Shown: one piece after another, positions 42,757 through 51,147 of the stretch | Layout: each line of letters starts with the position of its first letter | Numbering within the stretch: the stretch's first letter is position 1 | Source: an uncultured Gemmatimonadales bacterium | GTDB taxonomy: Bacteria; Gemmatimonadota; Gemmatimonadetes; Longimicrobiales; RSA9 | DNA length: 64,000 nucleotides | Reading direction: 5' to 3' | Assembly (NCBI GenBank): GCA_963798085.1 | Contig: CAWCRS010000009.1 | Span: forward strand, 160,001 to 224,000 | Position numbers and translations under genes: made by a program | The notes under the pieces: model-generated | The model's database searches: none | Told to the model about the DNA's origin: nothing | Seen by the model: only the letters and a program-made list of their open reading frames with translations

Positions 42757-43679
42757 GCGACGCGCACAGCGCTGACGCTGGCGTCAGCGAACGTGGAGCA
42801 TGCCGCGGCGGGGAACTGTCGCCGCACGCAGCGCAGCAGCACATCGCCGGGCCCGCACTGAATGAACGTCGCTACGCCCAGCGCGCGCACGGCCTCAATG
42901 CTTTCCTGGAAGAGCACCGGCGCCGTCAGCTGGCGCAGAATCGATGCGCGCACGGCACGCGCCGTGGTGAGCGGGTGCGCGGTCACATTGTCGATGACGA
43001 CCGCCTGCGGATCGGCGATCGGGCAGCGCGCGACGACGGGCGCGAGCGCATCGGCCGCGGGGCGCAGCAGTTCCGAGTGCGTGGCGATGGACACCGCCAG
43101 CGGTACCACGCCGAAGCCCGCGGCATCGAGTGCGTCGCCTACCGCGTCGACGGCGGGACGCGTGCCCGAGATGACCGTCTGGTCCGGAGCGTTGTGGCAG
43201 GCCACGCCGACCACGCCGAGAGCCTGTCCCTGGCGGCACGCCGCGTACACGGCCGCGCGGTCGGCTCCCAGAATAGCGGCCATGGCGCCGCCTTCGGGCG
43301 GCATGGCGGCGGCCATTGCTCTTGCCCTTGCCTGCAGCAGCTCGAGCGCCGGCTCGAACGCAATGGCGCCGGCCGCCACCAGTGCTGCGAATTGCCCGAC
43401 GCTGTGACCGATGAGCATGCGCGGCTCGATGCCCTGCGCGCGCAGCCGGAGCGCGTGCAGCACGCCGATGGTGAGGAGCGCAGGCTGGGCTAACTCCGTG
43501 TTTAGCAGTGCTTCGGCCGGTCCTTCGCGCATCAGCCGGGAGAGCGGCCGACTCAGGCGGGCATCCGCGGCCGCCAGCAGATCCTGCGCAAAAGGCGCGC
43601 TTGCCAGCGCGTCATCGAGCATGCCTGCGGCCTGACTGCCCTGGCCGGCGAAGAGCAGCGCCACGCCGTGCGGAGTCAC
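42753..43679 (-). CDS. fabD: ACP S-malonyltransferase (FabD-like)
   Basis: FAGQGSQ, TELAQPAL, GHSVG, QTVISG, QLTAPV.F. Confidence 0.92.
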   Translation of the reverse strand: MTPHGVALLFAGQGSQAAGMLDDALASAPFAQDLLAAADARLSRPLSRLMREGPAEALLNTELAQPALLTIGVLHALRLRAQGIEPRMLIGHSVGQFAALVAAGAIAFEPALELLQARARAMAAAMPPEGGAMAAILGADRAAVYAACRQGQALGVVGVACHNAPDQTVISGTRPAVDAVGDALDAAGFGVVPLAVSIATHSELLRPAADALAPVVARCPIADPQAVVIDNVTAHPLTTARAVRASILRQLTAPVLFQESIEAVRALGVATFIQCGPGDVLLRCVRRQFPAAACSTFADASVSAVRVA

Positions 43680-44956
43680 GATGCCCGTCCCACCACGAGC
43701 GATGTGCTCAGCCCGCCGAAGCCGAAGGAGTTGGACAGGGCAATGTCAATGGGCTGTTCGCGCGCGTGGTTGGGCACGAAATCGAGATCCAGCGCCGGAT
43801 CGGGGTCATCGAGGTTAATGGTCGGATGCAGCACGCCCTGCTCGAGTTGCATGACGGTGGCGACCAGCTCGACAATGCCCGCGGCGCTCAGGCAGTGACC
43901 GGTCAGGGACTTTGTCGAATTGATAGCGAGGTTCCATGCGTGGCGGCCGAACACCTCCTTGAGCGAATCCACCTCGGTGGCATCACCCAGCGGCGTGGAG
44001 GCGGCGTGTGCGTTCACATAGTCGACCTGATCGGGCGTCACGCGCGCGTCGTCCAGCGCGCCGCGAATGGCGCGCACCTGTCCGGCAATGCGCGGTTTGG
44101 GCAGCCGCGAAGCGTCCGACGCGGCGGCGCCGCCCAGCATGTGCGCCCGCAGATGGGCGCCGCGCGCCCGCGCGCTGGCTTCCGTTTCCAGCACTACGGC
44201 CGCGCCCGCGTGACTGGGGACGAAGCCCTCACGGCGCATGTCGAAGGGACGGCTGGCGCGGTTCGGCTCGTCGTTGAAGGAACGGTACGAGATGGCATCG
44301 AGCATGGCCCACGCGTGCAGCGTCACGGGGTCGACATCGCCCAGCGCGCCGGTCACTAACACGGCATCAGCACGGCCCAGGCGCAGCATGTCCATGGCCG
44401 TGAGCATGGCCACGTTGCCGCTGGCGCAGGCGTTGCCCGCCAGCAGGCTGGGTCCGCCCAGGCCGAGGATCTCGCAGACAATGGCCACGACGTCGGTGTC
44501 CATTGCCAGCACGCCGTACAGCGGGTCGATGAACTCGGGCTCCTCCTGGAAGGCGAGGTGGTTCCGGTAGGAGAAGCCCGCGACGATGTTGTTGCCGCCC
44601 GTGACATGACCCACGCGCTCGAGGTTCACCGAGCCATCGAGGATGCCGGCATCCACCGCGGCCTGGCAGGCGGCCGAGGCCGTCACCCGCCCGGAGAGCG
44701 TGCAGGCGCGCAACGAGCGCCGTGCGCGCTCGATCAGCTGCGATGGATAGCAGGCGCCCGCGCAATCCAGATGCGCAGTGAGGTCGAAGTCACTCAGGTC
44801 GCCGAGCAGCAGTGCGTACTCGTCGTCGCGCACGTTGCGGCGCCGCGAGATGCCCGACCTGCCCGCCACCAGCGAGGCGAAGAACTGGTCCGGGGTCTGC
44901 CCGATCGTGGACACGATCCCAATGCCGGTAATGACGATTCCCCGATCATGCTTCAC
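43676..44956 (-). CDS. Discrete beta-ketoacyl-ACP synthase, PksF-like but with catalytic Cys
   Basis: VITGIG, MDTD, GNACASG, SRPFD..REGFV, NAHAASTPLGD, KSLTGH, SNSFGFGG. Confidence 0.9.
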   Translation of the reverse strand: MKHDRGIVITGIGIVSTIGQTPDQFFASLVAGRSGISRRRNVRDDEYALLLGDLSDFDLTAHLDCAGACYPSQLIERARRSLRACTLSGRVTASAACQAAVDAGILDGSVNLERVGHVTGGNNIVAGFSYRNHLAFQEEPEFIDPLYGVLAMDTDVVAIVCEILGLGGPSLLAGNACASGNVAMLTAMDMLRLGRADAVLVTGALGDVDPVTLHAWAMLDAISYRSFNDEPNRASRPFDMRREGFVPSHAGAAVVLETEASARARGAHLRAHMLGGAAASDASRLPKPRIAGQVRAIRGALDDARVTPDQVDYVNAHAASTPLGDATEVDSLKEVFGRHAWNLAINSTKSLTGHCLSAAGIVELVATVMQLEQGVLHPTINLDDPDPALDLDFVPNHAREQPIDIALSNSFGFGGLSTSLVVGRAS

Positions 44957-45030
44957 GGCTCATACCTCCTCTGCCACGGCGAGGAACAGGACTCAGTCAG
45001 CGGACGTCACGCGCAATGCCCAGGATGTAC

Positions 45031-45729
45031 TCACCATCCGTCCGTCTCAGCGTGCGCAGTCTCACGTACAACTGTGTTAGTGGTCCGCCCCGGCCAGGTT
45101 CGTCGCGCCCGCACGATGGCGCGGCCCGCCTCTGCATCGAATGACTCCAGCTCGACCACGTCGGGCCCGGCTGCGGGCGGCAGGCGGAGTGCCTTCCATG
45201 CGGCTTCCTTCGCCACCCACGCGCACAATCCCGCGCGCGATTCAGCGAGGCCGGACGACAGGATCAGGCGCTGCTCCCGGCGCGAGAACGCGTAGGGGCT
45301 GTGCGCGACGTCGGTCTCACGCGCCCGCTCGAGATCAATGCCAACGCGCGTGGTCGTGGGTGCACGCTTCCCGGTGCCCACCTCGCCGCGCCAGGCCAGT
45401 GCCACGGCAAGGCGTGCCGAATGGGCAATCGCCACGCGCATCCCGACCGCCCCCGCGACTTCGGGAGCGCCGTGCGCGTCGTTGCGCACCCATGCGTGCG
45501 CTGACGCAATGTCGCCCAGTCGCGCGATGGCGAGCTGTGCGGCGCGGCGCCCGAGAGCGAACTGGCGCCGCCGGCCGGCTTCATGCGCGGCAGCGGCGGC
45601 CCGCTCGTTCTCGTGCAATGGCGCTTCCAGCGCAGCGAGCGTGCGGCCGGCATCGGCGCAGAGGGCGATCGCGAACCCGGAGCTGCGTCGTCGCCTGTCA
45701 GGCAGGGCGTCAGCCACAGGCGTGGACAT
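45031..45729 (-). CDS. 4'-phosphopantetheinyl transferase (Sfp-like)
   Basis: FALGR, HGAP, VAIAHS, VGIDLE, WVAKEAAWKAL. Confidence 0.88.
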   Translation of the reverse strand: MSTPVADALPDRRRRSSGFAIALCADAGRTLAALEAPLHENERAAAAAHEAGRRRQFALGRRAAQLAIARLGDIASAHAWVRNDAHGAPEVAGAVGMRVAIAHSARLAVALAWRGEVGTGKRAPTTTRVGIDLERARETDVAHSPYAFSRREQRLILSSGLAESRAGLCAWVAKEAAWKALRLPPAAGPDVVELESFDAEAGRAIVRARRTWPGRTTNTVVRETAHAETDGW

Positions 45730-45735
45730 TCGCGA

Positions 45736-45997
45736 TCACACCGGCTGGGTGGTGACTTCGGGTGCGTTCTCCAGCAGTGTCAGCAGGTCGCCCAGGTTCT
45801 TCGCCTGCGCGAGGTCCGTGCGCTTGATCTTGCGACGACACTGCTTCATGCTGCGCGACACGACCTCCACCATTCTCGAGCGAGTCCGCGCCGAAGTCGC
45901 GCATGGAGTGCTGCTCGGTGATCTCCTTGCCGCGGGCACCCTCGATGATCGCCTGGATGTTGCCCTTGATCACCTCGAAGATCGCTTCTCTGGTCAC
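45736..45997 (-). CDS. Acyl carrier protein (one extra base near 45874)
   Basis: agaggagg RBS; VTREAIFEVIKGNI...RDFGADSLE, then MVEVVSRSMKQ...NLGDLLTLLE in the next frame. Confidence 0.85.
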
Positions 45998-46013
45998 AGT
46001 CGCCTCCTCTGTC

Positions 46014-46565
46014 TCAGGTTGCGGGAACGTACGCCGAAAGCGCAGTCGCCGAGCACACCTCGCCGCGCTGCAGACACTGTCCGACCACGGTGTAGAACAG
46101 CCCATCCTCGGCGCCGGCGACGATGATCTCGACCGGTGCGCCGGGCGTGATGGGGCGCACGAAGCGCGCGCCCAGGATGTGCGTAGCCGCGACTTCCACC
46201 AGCGGCTCATCGCGCTGCAGTGCGAGGAGCAGACAGCCCGCCTGTGCCACGGCCTCCGCCTGCAGCACGCCCGGCCACAGCGGCCTTCCGGGGAAATGGC
46301 CCGCTAACACCGCAGCAGCACGGGCAATGTCGTAGCAGGCCACCATCAGGCCCGCTTCGCGGTCGAGCGCGGTCACCTGATCCACGAGCAGAAACGGATC
46401 GCGGTGCGGCAGCAGACGTTCGATGCCGGCGAGGTCGAGCAGCGGCAGCGCTGCTTCCGTTGCCGGCGGCACCAGCCGCGAGCGGCTGGCCTCGCGCAGC
46501 AGTGCTGCCACCGCATCCGGATCGAGCGGCGTCACGAGGCGGGCGGACGAGACGAGAGCCGTCAC
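46014..46565 (-). CDS. 3-hydroxyacyl-ACP dehydratase (FabZ-like)
   Basis: LLPHRDPFLLVD, GHFPGRPLWPGVLQAEAVAQ, RFVRPITPG. Confidence 0.9.
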   Translation of the reverse strand: MTALVSSARLVTPLDPDAVAALLREASRSRLVPPATEAALPLLDLAGIERLLPHRDPFLLVDQVTALDREAGLMVACYDIARAAAVLAGHFPGRPLWPGVLQAEAVAQAGCLLLALQRDEPLVEVAATHILGARFVRPITPGAPVEIIVAGAEDGLFYTVVGQCLQRGEVCSATALSAYVPAT

Positions 46566-47392
46566 GGTGTCGTCGCCTGCAATGGGGCGGCGGATTCCGT
46601 GCGTGCCTTGTCGAACAGGAAATGCGTGGGCCCGAGCAGCGACCAGCCTTCGTCCACGACAATGACCTGTCCTGTGACCGCGTCCATCAGACCGGAGCAC
46701 AGCGCCACGCATACGCCTGCCACCCGCCGCGGATCGAGCAGCATTTCCGACGCGTCGCGCGCCAGCGCATCGACCGCGGCATCGCCCAGTACGGCGCGCA
46801 GGCTGGCGGTGTCCATGAAGCCCGGCCGCACGGCATTCACGCACACGCCCTCGGAGCGCAGCCGGACAGCGAGGTAGCGGACCATCGTCTCGAGTGTGGC
46901 CTTGGCCGCGCCGGCGAGGTCGTAGCCGGGATGGCAGACGATGCCGCCGTCGCTGCTCACCGCGATCACATGGCGAGGCATTCGGGGCAGCACGTCGCGG
47001 GCCAGCTGGACCAGCTCGACCAGCGGCCACGATGAATAGCGCAGCGACAGCTCGAGCGCACCGCGCCGCAGATCGTCCAGCTCGCCGGTCACCTTGGCAA
47101 ACGCGACATTACTCACGATCGCGTCGAGACGGCCGTAGCGGCGCGCGATGCCCTGCAGCAACTCGCGGGTCGAGTCGGCATCGCTGGCATCGCACTCGAG
47201 GATCCAGGGCGGAAGGCCGCCCTCGGCGCCGAATTCGGCGAGCAGCTCATCCTCGTCCGCGCTGCCCCAGCGGTGCGTCAGCACGACCTGCGCGCCACGG
47301 CGGGCGAACTCGAGGCCCACGGCCTTGCCGAAGCCGCGCGTGCCGCCCGTGATCAGCACCACCTGGTACATCGCGCCATCGTGCATCGTCAT
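46562..47392 (-). CDS. SDR, enoyl-ACP reductase-like (FabL/FabI type)
   Basis: ITGGTRGFG, Y-x6-K motif YDLAGAAK followed by ATLETMVRYLA, GQVIVVDEG. Confidence 0.8.
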   Translation of the reverse strand: MTMHDGAMYQVVLITGGTRGFGKAVGLEFARRGAQVVLTHRWGSADEDELLAEFGAEGGLPPWILECDASDADSTRELLQGIARRYGRLDAIVSNVAFAKVTGELDDLRRGALELSLRYSSWPLVELVQLARDVLPRMPRHVIAVSSDGGIVCHPGYDLAGAAKATLETMVRYLAVRLRSEGVCVNAVRPGFMDTASLRAVLGDAAVDALARDASEMLLDPRRVAGVCVALCSGLMDAVTGQVIVVDEGWSLLGPTHFLFDKARTESAAPLQATTP

Positions 47393-48156
47393 TCCTCCGC
47401 CGCCCCGGTGGGTGCACCGTACACCGCCGCAATGCGGGACTGGATTCTGGTCATGCCCATGAGCGTGATCTGCGCGCGGCGCTCCTGCTCCGCCGCGCCC
47501 AGCACGGCGTCACGACGGCGTTGCAGTATCAGCCGCTTGAGTGCGACCAGCGTCTCGCGCGGCACATCGGCGATCTCGCCCGCGATCTCGAGCGCGCGCG
47601 ATCGGACATGCGTGCGCGGCAGCACTGCGTGCGCGAGTGGCGTGCCCGCGCGCGCCAGCTCGCGTCCCTTCATGAGCCGGCCTGTGAACAGCATCTCGCG
47701 CGCGAGCGGCTCGCCCATTGCCTCGGCCAGCAGCACGCTCGAGCCCATGCCGGGCGTGAAGCCGAGCGACACGAAGTTGGCGCCGTAGAGACTCTCCTCC
47801 GCGAGCAGCGTGATGTCGCAGCAGAGCGCCATGGCGAGGCCGCCGCCCAGCGCGTGGCCGGCGGCGACTGCGATCAGGGGCAGCTCGATCCCGAACAGCA
47901 CACGCGGTATCTCGGCGACCAGCGCGGGCACCGCGCTCTGTGCATCGGGTCCCACCAGCAGCTCGCGGCTGCCGCCCGCCGAGAAGTAGGTCGCGCCGCC
48001 TTCGAGCAGGATCACGCGCGTGTCCGGCTCGGCCGCTGCCGCGTGCAGCACAGCGGCCAGCTCGGCGGGCGTCCAGTCGAAGTGCGACTCCGCATTCGTC
48101 GACACCGCGACCGAGAGCACGCCCGGCGAGAGGCTGCGCAGCACGGGCATCGTCAT
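47389..48156 (-). CDS. Enoyl-CoA hydratase-like decarboxylase (ECH2, PksI-like)
   Basis: YFSAGGSRELL, GHALGGG, ESLYGANFVSLGFTPGMG, EMLFTG. Confidence 0.85.
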   Translation of the reverse strand: MTMPVLRSLSPGVLSVAVSTNAESHFDWTPAELAAVLHAAAAEPDTRVILLEGGATYFSAGGSRELLVGPDAQSAVPALVAEIPRVLFGIELPLIAVAAGHALGGGLAMALCCDITLLAEESLYGANFVSLGFTPGMGSSVLLAEAMGEPLAREMLFTGRLMKGRELARAGTPLAHAVLPRTHVRSRALEIAGEIADVPRETLVALKRLILQRRRDAVLGAAEQERRAQITLMGMTRIQSRIAAVYGAPTGAAEE

Positions 48157-48950
48157 GCGACGCACTGCAGCAGCCCGCCCGTCGCCAGCAGCGCCTGCCC
48201 GTTGAAGTGACGCGACGCATCCGACGCCAGGAACAGCACGGTGCCGGCCATCTCCGCGGCCGAGCCCGCGCGCCGCTGCGGGCAGTACTCGAGCCAGAAG
48301 GCACGGGTGCGCGGGTTCAGGCCCTGCGCCAGCTCCGTGTCGACATAACCGGCGATTACCATGTTGGCGCGGATCCGGTCGCCGGCGAACTCCCGGGCAA
48401 TGGCCTGCGTCATGCCCAGCAGAGCGCCCTTGCTGGCGCCGTAGCTGCTGTTGTTCGCAGTGCCCTGCTGCGCGATCGAGCCGACCGTGACGAGGGTCGC
48501 CGGCCGGCCGGCGGCGCGCGCACCGCACACCAGCTCGCGCGCCACCAGCAGACAGCCTGTCAGGTTGGTGGCGACGACACGGTCCCATTCCGCGACGCTG
48601 TGCGAGACCAGCAGCTCGGCAGCGCTCGTGCCGGCGTTGTTGATCGCCACATCGACGGGCCCGAACCGGGTCCGCGCAGTCTCGAACAGCCGCGCCACAT
48701 CGTCGGCGTTCGACACATCCGCCTGCAGCGTGCACACGCGGCCTTCGCCCACGAGTGTGGCCGCCGCAGCTTCGACCTGAGAACCGCCGCGTTCGATCTG
48801 GCGCGCGCAGCACATCACGCGTGCACCCCGGCTCGCCGCTTCCAGCACAATGGCCCGGCCGATGCCGCGCGTGCCACCGGTCACGATGACAACGCGGTCT
48901 TCCAGCGCGCGCGCAGCCTGCGCGTGCCGCACGGGCGCGGTCGCGCTCAC
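48153..48950 (-). CDS. SDR, 3-oxoacyl-ACP reductase-like (FabG type)
   Basis: VTGGTRGIG, INNAG, VGS, YGASK, GYVDT. Confidence 0.85.
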   Translation of the reverse strand: MSATAPVRHAQAARALEDRVVIVTGGTRGIGRAIVLEAASRGARVMCCARQIERGGSQVEAAAATLVGEGRVCTLQADVSNADDVARLFETARTRFGPVDVAINNAGTSAAELLVSHSVAEWDRVVATNLTGCLLVARELVCGARAAGRPATLVTVGSIAQQGTANNSSYGASKGALLGMTQAIAREFAGDRIRANMVIAGYVDTELAQGLNPRTRAFWLEYCPQRRAGSAAEMAGTVLFLASDASRHFNGQALLATGGLLQCVA

Positions 48951-49699
48951 GCGGTCGCTCCCGCCAGCCAGGGCGCATCGCCCGCGACGAACCGCGCCAT
49001 CCGGTCACGCGTCGCTTCACTAACGCCGAGCTTGATCGCCTCGGCGCGCGCCGCGCTAGCGTACGGCGAGTCGAACAGACAGGTATCCGCCACCACGCGC
49101 TTCACGGCGGCAATCGAGCGGGCGTCCATGCGGCGGAAACGCGCCGCGTACCTTGCGGCGGCGGCGTCGAGGTCGTCGACAACCTCATCGACGAGGCCAA
49201 TGCGCAGTGCGGCTTCCGCATCGAGCGTGGGCCCGCCCATGGCGAGCCGTCGCGCGTGCGCGCTGCTGACGCGCGTACGCAGCGACACGAACGCGAACAC
49301 GGGAATGAGTCCAATGAGGGCTTCGGGCAGCGCGAAGACCGCGCGTCGTGTGGCCAGCACCACGTCAGCGGCGGCGGCCACGCCCAGGCCTCCGCCCATC
49401 GCGGGGCCATCCACGAGTGCCAGCACGGGCCGCGCACAGCGACCGATCGCGGTCACCAGCTCGCCATAGCGGTCGAGGGCTTCACCCAGTGTGGCTGCCG
49501 CCGCCGTTTCGAGCAGCGGCGCGATGGTCTCGAGCGGCAGCCCCCGGCAGAACTCGCCGTCAGCGCCTTCGAGCGTCACTACGCTCGGCGCTTGCGCACC
49601 GCGCAACGCCGCTGACACGCGTGCTACGAGGTCGGGGCTCAGCCGTGGCTGGCCCTCGCCATCGCGCAGCACGAGGCGCAGCCGGTCAGCTGCGGACAT
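48947..49699 (-). CDS. Enoyl-CoA hydratase-like dehydratase (ECH1, PksH-like)
   Basis: VTLEG...FCRG, GGGLGVAAAADVV, FALPEALIGLIP, GLVDEV. Confidence 0.82.
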   Translation of the reverse strand: MSAADRLRLVLRDGEGQPRLSPDLVARVSAALRGAQAPSVVTLEGADGEFCRGLPLETIAPLLETAAAATLGEALDRYGELVTAIGRCARPVLALVDGPAMGGGLGVAAAADVVLATRRAVFALPEALIGLIPVFAFVSLRTRVSSAHARRLAMGGPTLDAEAALRIGLVDEVVDDLDAAAARYAARFRRMDARSIAAVKRVVADTCLFDSPYASAARAEAIKLGVSEATRDRMARFVAGDAPWLAGATA

Positions 49700-50912
49700 A
49701 GTGACGGAAGAAGTTGTCGACACGATCCAGGACGAGCCGGTCGCGTGACTCATACGCTTCGTGGTAGCGCCACGCCGCCACGGAGCGGTCCGGAACAAAG
49801 CTGTCGGCAGTAAGGCTGCCGTACACACCGGCGGCCGCCGCATCCAGCTCCGCGACCGAGACTTCGTGACGCGCAGCCAGCGCTGCGCCGACGCGGCGCT
49901 TCGCCATGATGGCACTCGCTGTCGGCGCCACCGTGCCGCTGAGCACTTCCGCCAATGCGCCCGATCCGTAGGAGAACATGCCAATGCGCTCGCCGGCATC
50001 GCCTTCCGCGAGACTGTCGAGAATGCCGATCAGCGAGAGGAACACGCAGCCGGAGTAGGTATTGCCCACCAGTCGCGTGTAGGTGAGCGAAGGCCTGACC
50101 ATGCGCTCGAAGCTGGCGGACACATCGGCATCGGACGCGTCGGGCTTGTCACCCTGCATCAGCGCGCGATGCGCCTGCTGCACCAGCCAGACCAGCGGCG
50201 TGTGGAACGCCATGTAGCGGAAATGCTGCTCGAAGCGCACCGGTCCCGCCTGGTTGCGATACTGCTCCCACGCCAGGTCGAGCATGTCGAGGTACGCCGA
50301 GACGGAACGCAGCGGATCGCCTGCTTCCTGCAACGGGCGAGGCCGGCGCAGGTCACGCACGTCATCCGCCGCGCAGCCTTCCACGGGATCGAGATTCAGA
50401 ACACGCGGGTCGCTCGACACCACGATCGCCACAGACCCCTCGCCCGACGTCATCTCCGCCGGGTGATGCGGGCGGCGTCCGGCCAGATCCGTGGTGACCA
50501 CGAGCGCCCGGCGGCCGCGCGCAATGCCCGAACGCACCCATGCGGCGGCCAGCTGGAGCGCAGTGACACCCGCATAACACGCGTTTTTCAGTTCGACATG
50601 CCGGCACGACGTGGACAGGCCGAGTCCCTGATGGACGTGCGTGCTGATGGGAATGCCGTAGTCCAGCGCCGTTTCGGTTGCGACCAGCAGCAGGCCGAAG
50701 CTTTCGCGGCCGGCCGCGCGCACCAGCGGATCCGCCGAGTTGACCGCCAGCGTCACGGGGTCCTCGAAAGGCGGCACCACCGACCGGCGCACGAACTGCG
50801 CGTGCCCACGCTCGCGTTCCGTCAGCCCGCGCTCGCGCGCGATCGCGTCATAACTGATGGTCAGCGGACCCGTGTACAGATTGATGTCGTCGATTCCGAC
50901 CGCACCGATCAT
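49686..50912 (-). CDS. HMG-CoA synthase-like protein (PksG/HCS beta-branching type)
   Basis: VGID, EDPVTLAVN, ATETALD, ELKNACY, FHTP, VGN, FSYGSG. Confidence 0.9.
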   Translation of the reverse strand: MIGAVGIDDINLYTGPLTISYDAIARERGLTERERGHAQFVRRSVVPPFEDPVTLAVNSADPLVRAAGRESFGLLLVATETALDYGIPISTHVHQGLGLSTSCRHVELKNACYAGVTALQLAAAWVRSGIARGRRALVVTTDLAGRRPHHPAEMTSGEGSVAIVVSSDPRVLNLDPVEGCAADDVRDLRRPRPLQEAGDPLRSVSAYLDMLDLAWEQYRNQAGPVRFEQHFRYMAFHTPLVWLVQQAHRALMQGDKPDASDADVSASFERMVRPSLTYTRLVGNTYSGCVFLSLIGILDSLAEGDAGERIGMFSYGSGALAEVLSGTVAPTASAIMAKRRVGAALAARHEVSVAELDAAAAGVYGSLTADSFVPDRSVAAWRYHEAYESRDRLVLDRVDNFFRHYVRS

Positions 50913-51147
50913 GGGCCGTGCTCCTCGCAGCGGGTGACTGCTCGCTCCCCGCAGAAGTAACGGACCCTCGGCGCGCGATTCTCACGGGGTCGTCCGCCCA
51001 GGCGTCACGCCGCGGGGAGTCCGCGACGCGTCCGGGTGGCCGCCGTGGCGCCCGGCGTCGCCGGGGACAGGCACCCGACCCCGCGAGCGCCGCCATCCAT
51101 CACTGCCGGGTCGCCCTCGGGACAGGCTGGCTGTTAGGGTTGCGGGC

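Noticed and set aside
49686..50912. Mevalonate-pathway HMG-CoA synthase
   Set aside because: No thiolase, HMG-CoA reductase or mevalonate kinases nearby; context (ECH1/ECH2/ACP/KS) is beta-branching
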